Positions 16,912-25,555 of a stretch of 50,582 bases of DNA are shown here, piece after piece. Below the pieces are notes generated by a model. That model was given only the letters and a program-made list of their open reading frames with translations, was not told the DNA's origin and did no database searches. Position 1 is the stretch's first letter. Every line of letters begins with the position of its first letter. The stretch comes from Candidatus Eiseniibacteriota bacterium (lineage in GTDB: Bacteria > Eisenbacteria > RBG-16-71-46 > SZUA-252): positions 1-50,582 of the forward strand of contig JANMQV010000039.1 of NCBI GenBank assembly GCA_031370645.1. The letters are read 5' to 3'. Both the position numbers and the translations under genes were made by a program.

Positions 16912-17057
16912 CGAACTCGCCGCCACCGCGCGCGATGGCGCGGGTCTCAAGCATCCCTGGTCCAAGGGGTTACCCTCCCGGACCCTCCGGACTGCTACCT
17001 CCGCAGCATTGAGACGTGGCGCCGCCGCTGCCAAGCTGTCAGGTAGGAGGGATGTCG

Positions 17058-18278
17058 ATGTCAGGACGTGGAAAACCGACGGTACGCCAGCGCTTGCCCG
17101 CGAAAAACGGAGCGAGTGCGCGCGGCGTCCCTATGATTCCGATTCCGGCTTCCGAACGGCTCGATCTTCAACGCGTGCAGCCGATCCTTCCGCAACTCAT
17201 CGACTCGCTCGACGAAGCGGTTCTCGTGGTCGACCACGAGCAACGCGTCGTGGCGGCGAACCGGCGATACGTCGACATCTTCGGACTCGGCGGCCCCGTC
17301 TGCGACGCGAAGCGCTGTCCCGACCGGTGGCTCGGCGGCGATTCGGGCCGCGACGAAGCCTCCCGCTGCGGCGCGTGCGACGTCATCGAAACGCGGAAGC
17401 CGACCCGGCGCCTTCGGCTCGTGCCCGACTCGCGCGGCATTTCTCGCCGGTGGGAAGGAACGATGAGCCCGGTGCTCAACGCGAAGGGCGAAGTGACGCA
17501 TGTCGTGGAAGTCTGGCGCGATGTCTCGGAGCGCTCCCGGCTGGAGAGTCAGCTGAGCCATAGCGAGCGCCTCGCGTCGCTCGGGATTCTGGCCGCGGGC
17601 GTGGCCCACGAGATCAACAATCCGCTCGCGTCGGTCCTCGTCGCGGTGGAGTCGGTGCAGCGCCGCCTGGTCGCGGGGAGCGAAGTCGAGGGGGGCTGCA
17701 CGCCCGATCCGGAAATCCTCGATCTCCTGGAAGTGATGGAGCGGGAGACGCGGCGCTGCCGCGACATCTCGGACAAGCTGACGCTCCTGGCGCAGCCCCC
17801 GACCGGGCCGAGCGCGTGGGTCGACCTGAATCACTCGGTTCGCGACACGCTCACGCTCCTTCGTTATGCGATGAAGCGGCAGGGCGTGGAGGTAGAGGAG
17901 TCGCTCGATCCAGGGCTTCCCGTCATCTGGGCCCGCGAGAGCGGCCTTCGAAGCGTCTGCATGAACCTGATGCTGAATGCCGTGCAGGCGATGCCGGGTG
18001 GCGGATTGCTTTGCGTCCGCACCGGCGCGGCCGGAACGCGGGTCTCGCTCGAAGTGGCCGACAGCGGGCCGGGGATCGCGCCCGCGAATCTCGAGCGCAT
18101 CTGGGATCCCTTCTTCACCACCAAACCGCCGGGATCCGGCACCGGCCTGGGGCTCTCCATCTCGCAGCGAATCGTGGCCCGCCACGCGGGGCAGATCATC
18201 GCCGAGAATCGCGCCGAAGGAGGCGCCAAATTCACGGTGGAACTCCCTGTGCAGGGTCCGGGAGGAGAAGGTGTCTGA
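17058..18278 (+). CDS. Cytoplasmic PAS-domain sensor histidine kinase (NtrB-like)
   Basis: AGGAGG RBS (start 17058; alternatives 17052 and 17133). Cys-bearing PAS, H-box AGVAHEINNPL, NLMLNAVQA, DSGPG, DPFFTTK and GTGLGL. Confidence 0.92.
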   Translation: MSGRGKPTVRQRLPAKNGASARGVPMIPIPASERLDLQRVQPILPQLIDSLDEAVLVVDHEQRVVAANRRYVDIFGLGGPVCDAKRCPDRWLGGDSGRDEASRCGACDVIETRKPTRRLRLVPDSRGISRRWEGTMSPVLNAKGEVTHVVEVWRDVSERSRLESQLSHSERLASLGILAAGVAHEINNPLASVLVAVESVQRRLVAGSEVEGGCTPDPEILDLLEVMERETRRCRDISDKLTLLAQPPTGPSAWVDLNHSVRDTLTLLRYAMKRQGVEVEESLDPGLPVIWARESGLRSVCMNLMLNAVQAMPGGGLLCVRTGAAGTRVSLEVADSGPGIAPANLERIWDPFFTTKPPGSGTGLGLSISQRIVARHAGQIIAENRAEGGAKFTVELPVQGPGGEGV

Positions 18279-19644
18279 GGCGCGCCTTCTTCTCGTGGAC
18301 GACGAGGAGTCGTTCCGCCAAATCGTGAGCCGAGAGTTGCGCCGCGCCGGCTACCACGTGGACGAGGCCGGATTGGTGGAGGAAGCGCGCCGTTCGCTCG
18401 CGCAGCAGAGTTACCACGTCGTGCTCCTCGACGTGCGCCTCCCCGATGGAAACGGCCTCGATCTGCTCCAGAGCATCAAGCAGTCGCTCCCCGCCACGCA
18501 GGTCGTGATCCTCACCGCGTTCGGGACCGTGCAGGAGGCGATCCGCGCCATGAAGCACGGCGCGTTCGATTTCCTCTCGAAGCCGTGCAAGCTCGGCGAG
18601 ATCGAAGCGGTCATTGAGAAAGCGTTGGAGGTCCAGTCGCTGGAGCGCGGACACGCGGTGTTGCAGCGCGACCTCGAGCGGCTCCAGCCGAGCGAGCGAA
18701 TCGTGGGGGACACCCCCGGCATCCACGAGGTTCACCGTCTTATTCAGCGCGTCGCGCAGACCGACTCCACCGTGCTCATCCGCGGCGAGAGCGGCGTCGG
18801 GAAAGAGCTCGTCGCTCGGGCCGTGCATCGCCAGAGCCGACGAACGAAACAGCCGTTCGTGGTCGTCGATTGCGCGTCGCTCCACGAAAACTTGCTGCAA
18901 AGCGAACTCTTCGGACACGAGAAGGGGGCCTACACCGGCGCGGTTCGCCTGAAGCACGGCCTCTTCGAGGTGGCCGATCGCGGCACGATCTTCCTCGATG
19001 AGATCGGCGAGGTGACGCCGCCGCTCCAGGTGAAACTCCTCCGGGTTCTCGAGACCGGAATCTTTCGGCGCGTGGGCGGCACCGCCGACGTCCGAGTCGA
19101 CGTGCGGGTCATCACCGCGACGAACCGGGCGCTGGAGGCGATGATGCAAGCGGGCTCGTTCCGCGAAGATCTCTACTACCGGCTCAATGTTTTCACCATC
19201 CCGATCCCGCCGCTTCGCGAGCGCCGGGAAGACATCCCGCTCCTCGTGGCGCACTTCATTCGCAATTCGGCCATCGTGCCGAAGCGAAACGTCGAGATTT
19301 CAGCGGAGGCGATGGATGTGTTGATCCGCTATCCCTGGCCCGGGAACGCTCGGGAGCTGGCGAACGTGGTGGAGCGGGCGCTCATTCTCTGCGAAGGGGA
19401 GCGCCTCGTTCCGGAAAATTTGCCGATCGGGGTCCGGCGCTCCACCCCTGAAGGCGTCCCGTCGGACGGAGGGCGCCGGCCGACACTCGAAGAGGCGGAG
19501 CGCCGCTACATCCTCCAGGTGCTCGACGACTGCAACGGCCATCGCCAGAAGGCCGCCACGATTCTCGGGATCAGCGAGCGGAACCTCTATCGCAAGCTGA
19601 AGCAGTTCGGCGTGAGTGGCGCCCGCGAGCTCTTGCACTCCTGA
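18271..19644 (+). CDS. Sigma-54-dependent response regulator (REC-AAA+-Fis HTH, NtrC family)
   Basis: GTG after GGAGG. LLVDDE, LLDVRLPD, GESGVGKE, SELFGHEKGAYTGA, FLDEIGE, FREDLYYRL, WPGNAREL and a C-terminal HTH. Confidence 0.95.
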   Translation: MSEARLLLVDDEESFRQIVSRELRRAGYHVDEAGLVEEARRSLAQQSYHVVLLDVRLPDGNGLDLLQSIKQSLPATQVVILTAFGTVQEAIRAMKHGAFDFLSKPCKLGEIEAVIEKALEVQSLERGHAVLQRDLERLQPSERIVGDTPGIHEVHRLIQRVAQTDSTVLIRGESGVGKELVARAVHRQSRRTKQPFVVVDCASLHENLLQSELFGHEKGAYTGAVRLKHGLFEVADRGTIFLDEIGEVTPPLQVKLLRVLETGIFRRVGGTADVRVDVRVITATNRALEAMMQAGSFREDLYYRLNVFTIPIPPLRERREDIPLLVAHFIRNSAIVPKRNVEISAEAMDVLIRYPWPGNARELANVVERALILCEGERLVPENLPIGVRRSTPEGVPSDGGRRPTLEEAERRYILQVLDDCNGHRQKAATILGISERNLYRKLKQFGVSGARELLHS

Positions 19645-19688
19645 GGCGCGATTCCGGCGACGCCGTGCCTGACGCGCCGAGCAGGGAA

Positions 19689-19708
19689 GCCTGACGAATT
19701 CGTCAGGC
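19689..19708. promoter_or_regulatory. Perfect 20-bp palindrome GCCTGACGAATTCGTCAGGC (possible activator binding site or hairpin)
   Basis: Self-complementary. Extra CCTGAC half-site 22 bp upstream (19668); half-sites also at 16665, 17038 and 17060. Confidence 0.55.
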
Positions 19709-19791
19709 GAACGCCGGACCTCGGCCGATCGTTCTCTCGCCGAGGTCTACTCCAGTCCCACCGATTCATCACTTACGGGCGAGGGCGCCCA

Positions 19792-20187
19792 TCCCTTCGA
19801 ATCGTCGCCTGCGCCTGCGCGGCGCCTGGCGCCGACGCGCTCACCCTATTCCTCGAGAGTGAGGGCTGCATCACCGTCCACTGCGCCTCTCACGAGTCGC
19901 TTCTCGAGGAGATCGTCCGAAGTCCGGCCGATGCCGTCGTCTTTGGGTTCGCCCCTCCCTGCTCGCTCGAGCCGGCGCTTCTTCGCATGATCCGCCGCCT
20001 CCTCCCCGATACGCCGCTCATCATCGTGGCGCGCGACGCGACGCTCGAGATGGAACGGATGTTCCGCGAGTATCGCCCCCTTTTTGTCGCGGTCCCTCCT
20101 TGGGATCGTGCGGAGATGCGGGACGTGGTCCGCGCCATTCGTGCGCATCGAGTCAAGAAAGGACTCTCCGCCGCATCACCTTCCTAG
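19792..20187 (+). CDS. Degenerate (pseudo-)receiver-like domain protein, start uncertain
   Basis: Frame is open from 19645 to 20187: SLRIVACAC..DALTLFLESEGCITVHCASHESLLEEIVRSPADAVVFG..LLRMIRRLLPDTPLIIVA. First ATG is only at 19987. Confidence 0.5.
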   Translation, partial: SLRIVACACAAPGADALTLFLESEGCITVHCASHESLLEEIVRSPADAVVFGFAPPCSLEPALLRMIRRLLPDTPLIIVARDATLEMERMFREYRPLFVAVPPWDRAEMRDVVRAIRAHRVKKGLSAASPS

Positions 20188-20254
20188 CCCCCACGCGTCG
20201 TCGCGTCGCTCCGCCCCAGCGCCGTGGCGGCTGCCGGTCGTGTATAGTCCGGAG

Positions 20255-21493
20255 ATGCCCGCTCGCACGTGGACAAAACACCCGCTTTGGCGATTCCTCG
20301 GCAGGCCGATCGTCCTCAGCGTCCCCTTCGCACTCTTCTTCTTTGTGACCAATCGATCGGAATCCGAGCCTTTCTTCAAGGCTCTGGGGGAGTTCTACCT
20401 CGTCGCGCTCGTCTTTTCGCTCTGGGTGAACACGGCCGTCGAGTTGAACCGGAAGTGGATGCTCCCGCACCTCCCCATGGGGACGCCCGCTGGAGGTGAG
20501 TCGCGGGACCTGACGCTTCAGATCGCCTCCTTCGCCGTTGCCGCCGCCCTCGGAAGCGTCGGCGCGGCCCTAACGCTTCACTTCACCTTCTTTCCCGAAA
20601 TACTCGGCTCGGCCACCGCGGTCGCGCGCGTCCTCCTCTTCACCGGGCTCTTCAACGCGCTCTTCCTCAGTTACATCTATGCCAGGCGATATCAACGCCG
20701 CTTCGTCGACCGCGTGCGCGACGAGGCCGAACGCGACGCCCGAGAGGGGCAGGAGATGCGGATCGCCGCCGAGATTCAGCAGGCGCTCCTCCCGCCCCGC
20801 TCTCGGTCGGATACGTGGTATGCCGCCGCGGGCGCATCGATTCCGTGCCGCTCGATCGGCGGTGATTTCTTCGAGTACTTCGATTTGCCCGATGGGCGCG
20901 TCGGGTTCGCGCTCGCCGACGTGGCGGGGAAGGGCCCGCCCGCGGCGCTTCTCGCGGCGATGGTGCAGGGGATTTTCGATTCGCACGCCCGTCGAGGAGA
21001 CGGCCCGGCGGCGACGTTGGCCCGCGTGAACGAGGCGATCTCCGCTCGGGAGATCGAAGCCCGCTTCGCCACCGTCTTCTACGCCGTCTTAGGGCGCGAT
21101 GGCGTGCTCCACTTCAGCAACGCCGGACACAACCCTCCGTTCGTCATTCGACGGCGGGCGGTCGTCGGCCGGCTCGAGACGGGTGGCCTCATGATCGGCC
21201 CGTTCAAGGACGCTCAATTCGAGGAGGGGATGTCGCGTCTCGAGCCGGGCGACGTCCTGGTCGTCTACTCCGACGGCGTTACCGACGCGGAGGCGCCGGA
21301 TGGGGAGCAGTTCGGCGAGGAGCGTCTTCTGGCGGCGCTGAGCGGATTCGGTACGGAGTCGGCGGAGGAGATTCGCGACGGACTCCTCGGCGCCATTCGG
21401 ACGTTCGTCGCCGATCGCCCTCCGTTCGACGATGTCACGGTGATGACCGTGCGCTACCTCGGGCAGACGTCATCGAGTCCGACCACGTCTTGA
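20255..21493 (+). CDS. Membrane-bound PP2C/SpoIIE (RsbU-like) Ser/Thr phosphatase
   Basis: Four N-terminal TM helices, then EMRIAAEIQQALLP, IGGDFFE, ADVAGKG, NAGHNPP, YSDGVTD and DDVT. Confidence 0.92.
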   Translation: MPARTWTKHPLWRFLGRPIVLSVPFALFFFVTNRSESEPFFKALGEFYLVALVFSLWVNTAVELNRKWMLPHLPMGTPAGGESRDLTLQIASFAVAAALGSVGAALTLHFTFFPEILGSATAVARVLLFTGLFNALFLSYIYARRYQRRFVDRVRDEAERDAREGQEMRIAAEIQQALLPPRSRSDTWYAAAGASIPCRSIGGDFFEYFDLPDGRVGFALADVAGKGPPAALLAAMVQGIFDSHARRGDGPAATLARVNEAISAREIEARFATVFYAVLGRDGVLHFSNAGHNPPFVIRRRAVVGRLETGGLMIGPFKDAQFEEGMSRLEPGDVLVVYSDGVTDAEAPDGEQFGEERLLAALSGFGTESAEEIRDGLLGAIRTFVADRPPFDDVTVMTVRYLGQTSSSPTTS

Positions 21494-22325
21494 GGAGCGT
21501 GGCGGCGAGGATCACCCCTCCTCCCGCCAGCGACCACGGCCCCGGAATTTCCCCGTTGATGACGAGCGCCCAGATCGGATTGAGCGCCGGCTCCACCAGA
21601 AGAAGCACGGACGCCTCGAATGCCGGCACGTGGCGCGACGCTTTCGTCAGGAAGACGTAGCCGAGCCCGAGCTGCACGACACCGAGCCCCGCCAGCACCG
21701 CGCCGTCTACCGGAGTAAAGTGCGTGACCGGGAGCGCCATCGGGAGCGCGATGAGGAACGCGGTGATATTCCCGCTCACGACCGCACCGGCCGCGGAACC
21801 GCGATAGTCTCCCGACCCACGACCCATCCACCGAAGCGACATGATCGTGAAGGCCCACGCCACGCCGCTCAGCACCGCCAGCAGATTTCCCGCGACCGGA
21901 TCGGGCGCGGTCCTCCTCGGCGCCTCGACCCCCACGAAGAAGAGCGCGAGGCCCGCCACGATGAGTCCCATCACCCCGAGATCGACGGGGCGGTTTCGCT
22001 CGCGCAGGAGCCAGGGCGCCGCGAGAAGGATGTAGAGCGGTGCGGTCGACTGGAGAAAGATTGTGTTCGCGGAAGTCGTGAGACGGTTGGCGAGGACGAA
22101 GAGGAGAACCGTCGCGGCGTAGGGAAGCCCCGCGACGACCACGCGCCACGACCAACCGCGTCGCGCCTCCGGCATGAGGAGCAACACCACGATCGCCGCG
22201 ATTCCGGAGCGGAACGAAGCGATCTGCCAGGGCGTCAGCCCGCACGCCTTGATCCCCGCGCCGCCGGCGGAGAAGATCAGGGCTGCGGCCAAGATCTGAA
22301 GTCGCCCCGTGGCTCGTTCGCTCAT
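21435..22325 (-). CDS. DMT/EamA family transporter
   Basis: About 10 TM; TTSANTIFLQSTAP and LLVEPALNPIW. Its 3' end overlaps the convergent PP2C gene by 59 bp. Confidence 0.9.
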   Translation of the reverse strand: MSERATGRLQILAAALIFSAGGAGIKACGLTPWQIASFRSGIAAIVVLLLMPEARRGWSWRVVVAGLPYAATVLLFVLANRLTTSANTIFLQSTAPLYILLAAPWLLRERNRPVDLGVMGLIVAGLALFFVGVEAPRRTAPDPVAGNLLAVLSGVAWAFTIMSLRWMGRGSGDYRGSAAGAVVSGNITAFLIALPMALPVTHFTPVDGAVLAGLGVVQLGLGYVFLTKASRHVPAFEASVLLLVEPALNPIWALVINGEIPGPWSLAGGGVILAATLLKTWSDSMTSARGSARSSP

Positions 22326-22392
22326 GCCGCCGGAGTGTACGATACCGCTTCGACTTGGGCCGGAGATTCGGGGCTTATTCCGGGGGCTCCCC

Positions 22393-22421
22393 TTGACAGG
22401 GCGACCGACGGTGGCTACCGT
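22393..22421 (+). promoter_or_regulatory. Sigma-70-type promoter for the PKD gene
   Basis: TTGACA-N17-TACCGT. Confidence 0.55.
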
Positions 22422-22570
22422 CCATGGGGTCGGGCGCCGGGCCGGAACTCGGGCGCCTCTTCGGTCCCCATCCCCACGTCACGTCGAATCCCGTACCTTC
22501 GGTCCCCGCCCCCTCGAATTAGCCGGCGCGAAGTCGCGCACCCTTCGCGCCATGAGAGGCAGGTGGATTC

Positions 22571-24583
22571 ATGCGGTGGTTCCGGTACTTCCTTCCGTTC
22601 TTGATCCTCGTATCGCTCGCTCCCTCGGCACACTCGCAGTACGTCTTCCTCGACGCTAACGGCGACGGCGTCAACGACAGCGCCGATCAACTCCCGGCCA
22701 GCGGATCGGTGGATCTCGACGTCTGGTTCGTGACCGACCACAACCGCGACGGGAGTGCGGTATTTTGTTCCTCCGATCCGTCCGACCCTCTCACGATCAA
22801 TACGTATGAGATCGTGCTTCGCGTACTCAATGGCCGCGTCGCATTCGGACCGATGCGGAATCGAATGCCCTTCTCGGGGGATCCGGTCCGCTTCGCGAGC
22901 CGCGGCGATACGACGGGGACCACGGTCTACCACAATGGGTACGGCTCGTCCGACCTCTTTCCGCCGGGGCGGTATCGTGTGGCAACGCTGACGGTGGAGG
23001 TGATCGAGGGCTCGCCCTCGCTTTCCTTCCTCGGGTATAGCCCCGTCGAACCGGTCGATTTGACCGCGTTCGGCACGCGCTGCTCCGGGATCGGCGAGGA
23101 CAACACCGCGATCCTCGGCGAAGAGTTCCGCGACGCATCGGGCATCGGGCGGCCCGCCGCCGACGCAGGCGGCCCCTACCACGGAGTCGTGAATCAGGAC
23201 GTCCGGTTCAACGGCGAGCGTTCGAGCGATCCCGACGGCGATCCGCTCGACTTCGCGTGGTCGTTCGACGACGGCGGGAGCGCGGCTGGTTCGATCGCCA
23301 TTCACGCCTTCGGTACCGTCGGAACGCACACGGCGACGCTCACCGTTTCGAGCCATTCCGGGAGCGACGACGACGTTGCCGCGGTCGAGATCGGGGAACC
23401 GAATCGCCCCGTCGCCGTGGCCGGCGGACCCTATCACGGAGAGCCGGGCATTCCGGTTCCGTTCGACGGAAGCAGTTCCCACGATCCCGACGGCGATCCG
23501 CTCACCTACGCCTGGAACTTCGGCGACGGGGGGCATTCATCGGGAACGTTTCCGCATCACATGTATGCGAGCGAGGGGACTTTCACCGTGGGGTTGACGG
23601 TCGGCGACGGCGTTTACACGGCATCCGACGAGACCAACGCGACGATCACCGCGGTCGTTCGGCCGGACAATCATCCGCCGGTCGCCAACGCGGGCGGGCC
23701 GTATGAGGGAATCGAAGATCGCTGGATCCAATTCGACGCCACACGATCGAGCGATCCGGATGACGATTTCCTGAACGTTCGCTGGGAATTCGGCGACGGC
23801 AAGTCCGGATTCGGCATCGCGCCCGTTCACGCGTTCGACGTGGCCGGCTCCTACACGGCGGTCGTTCACGTCGACGATGGAATCGCCCACGCCACCGCTC
23901 AGGCCTCCGTCACCATCGAGAGCGCCTTTCCGGCGAGCGCGTTTCTCGACGCGCGGAACGACGTCGTCAATGTGGATGATGCGGCGGAATTCGTGATCGT
24001 GCGATTCGAGCCCGGCGATGGAGGAGCGTTCTCGTCGGAGGAGGTCGATCCCGAAGGCGTCGTGCTCCGCGTCACCACCTTCGACGGCGGCAGCATCGAC
24101 ATTCCCGCCGACGGACCGGCGATCTACCAGAACGACAGCGATCAGAACGGCGTCATCGAATACGTGACGCGATTCCCGCGTGCGCGATTCCGGGAACTCC
24201 GGGCCTCCGGCGACATCCAGGGGAGAACGCATCTCGAGCTCATCGGCGGGCTCTATGCGGGCGGGGGGTACAACGGCCCGTTCGACGCCACGTTCGTGAA
24301 CTCGAGTTCGTTCGACCTGACCGTCACGCCGAATCCGTTCAATCCGACGGCGCATATCATCCTTCACACGCGGGGCGACGGTCCGATGACCGCCCGGCTC
24401 TTCGACATCCGCGGGCGCCGCGTGAAGACGATTCTCCACGGCGAGCCGCTGAAAGCCGGACGGCACGACCTGATCTTCGAGGCGCGGGATGACGGCGGCT
24501 CGGTGCTCGCGTCGGGCGTCTACTTCCTTCAGATCACGAGCGCCGAAGGGTCGCGAACCGGCAGGGTCGTGGTCGCGAAGTAA
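22571..24583 (+). CDS. Secreted protein with 3 PKD domains and a C-terminal FlgD-Ig/T9SS-like sorting domain
   Basis: Signal peptide; three A.AGGPY.G..F....S.DPD.D.L...W.F.DG repeats; C-terminal TPNPFNP..FDIRGRRVKT..DDGG..LASGVYFLQI. Confidence 0.88.
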   Translation: MRWFRYFLPFLILVSLAPSAHSQYVFLDANGDGVNDSADQLPASGSVDLDVWFVTDHNRDGSAVFCSSDPSDPLTINTYEIVLRVLNGRVAFGPMRNRMPFSGDPVRFASRGDTTGTTVYHNGYGSSDLFPPGRYRVATLTVEVIEGSPSLSFLGYSPVEPVDLTAFGTRCSGIGEDNTAILGEEFRDASGIGRPAADAGGPYHGVVNQDVRFNGERSSDPDGDPLDFAWSFDDGGSAAGSIAIHAFGTVGTHTATLTVSSHSGSDDDVAAVEIGEPNRPVAVAGGPYHGEPGIPVPFDGSSSHDPDGDPLTYAWNFGDGGHSSGTFPHHMYASEGTFTVGLTVGDGVYTASDETNATITAVVRPDNHPPVANAGGPYEGIEDRWIQFDATRSSDPDDDFLNVRWEFGDGKSGFGIAPVHAFDVAGSYTAVVHVDDGIAHATAQASVTIESAFPASAFLDARNDVVNVDDAAEFVIVRFEPGDGGAFSSEEVDPEGVVLRVTTFDGGSIDIPADGPAIYQNDSDQNGVIEYVTRFPRARFRELRASGDIQGRTHLELIGGLYAGGGYNGPFDATFVNSSSFDLTVTPNPFNPTAHIILHTRGDGPMTARLFDIRGRRVKTILHGEPLKAGRHDLIFEARDDGGSVLASGVYFLQITSAEGSRTGRVVVAK

Positions 24584-24601
24584 TCGAGAGACGGAATATC
24601 G

Positions 24602-25546
24602 TCAGCGCTTCGACGCGGCCGTGGCGGCCTGCGCTCGAGAGCGAAGGATCAGGATGACACCGGTGATGACGACGGCGCCGGCGGCGAGGGTTCTTCCCGT
24701 GACCACCTCGCCGCCGAGCGCCCAGCCGAGAAAGACGGCGACGGTCGGGTTCACGAAGGCGTAGGTCGCCACGCGCGTCGGCCGCGTCACGCGAAGCAGA
24801 TAGGTGTAGGCCGAGAACGCCACGATCGATCCGAAGACGACGAGGTAAAGAAACGCCACGATCGACCGCGGCGTGACCGCCTCCAGCCGAAACGATCCCC
24901 ACTCGCCCACCGACAAGCCCAGGATCAACGACAAGAGTCCGCCGCAAAGCATCTGCATCGCCGCGGTCTGAAGGAGCGACGGCGGATGCGGCGCGTCCTT
25001 CGCGTGGACCGAGCCGTAGGCCCAGCCGAGCGACGAGCAGACGAGCGCGAACGCGCCCCACGGATCGACAGCCGCCTTCGTGAGCGATTCGCCCGGCCCG
25101 ATGAGGAACGCCACGCCGGCGAATCCGAGCACGAGCCCCACCGTCGCGAGCCGCGTCGGCCGAGACCAACCGCGGAGGTAGGTCTCCATGAGCGTCATCC
25201 AGAGAGGCACCATCGCGATGAGGAGTGCGGCGACCCCCGAGGAGAGCCGTGTCTCCGCCCAGGAGACGCCGCCGTTCCCGAAGAGGAAGAAGCAGCCGCC
25301 AAAGAGCATCGCGGAGCGCCACTCCGCCGCGACCGGGCGCCTTGCTTCGCCCCGCCCCGCGACCCACGCGTAGAGCAGCCCCCCCGCGAGCAGGTAGCGG
25401 AATCCCACCATGAGAAACGGCGGAATCGTCTCGATCGCGAACCGGATCGCGAGGTAGGTGGAGCCCCAGATCAGATAGATGCACCCGAACGCGATGACGA
25501 CGAGCAGGGCCGGAGCCGAAGCGCGTGTCGTGGTGTTTGCCGTCAT
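24602..25546 (-). CDS. EamA family transporter (YedA-like)
   Basis: IYLIWGSTYLAIR..IPPFLM, GNGGVSWAE and YAFVNPTVAVFLG. Confidence 0.92.
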   Translation of the reverse strand: MTANTTTRASAPALLVVIAFGCIYLIWGSTYLAIRFAIETIPPFLMVGFRYLLAGGLLYAWVAGRGEARRPVAAEWRSAMLFGGCFFLFGNGGVSWAETRLSSGVAALLIAMVPLWMTLMETYLRGWSRPTRLATVGLVLGFAGVAFLIGPGESLTKAAVDPWGAFALVCSSLGWAYGSVHAKDAPHPPSLLQTAAMQMLCGGLLSLILGLSVGEWGSFRLEAVTPRSIVAFLYLVVFGSIVAFSAYTYLLRVTRPTRVATYAFVNPTVAVFLGWALGGEVVTGRTLAAGAVVITGVILILRSRAQAATAASKR

Positions 25547-25555
25547 GCGTCGAAT

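Noticed and set aside
16556-16954. Small minus-strand ORFs (132 aa and 67 aa, the latter with a Strep-tag-like WSHPRFE) as the product of promoter 2
   Set aside because: No RBS and low-complexity composition. The 132-aa ORF starts upstream of the promoter, and the Strep-tag resemblance is coincidental.
19642-19708. Selenocysteine recoding of the NtrC TGA using the downstream palindrome as a SECIS
   Set aside because: The hairpin begins about 45 nt after the TGA, the codon lies after the complete HTH rather than at a Cys-equivalent site, and no sel genes are in the window.
23140-23900. Direct DNA repeats such as cgatcccgacggcgatccgctc as a CRISPR or mobile-element signature
   Set aside because: They are the coding repeats of tandem PKD domains, with about 250-bp spacing and no cas genes.
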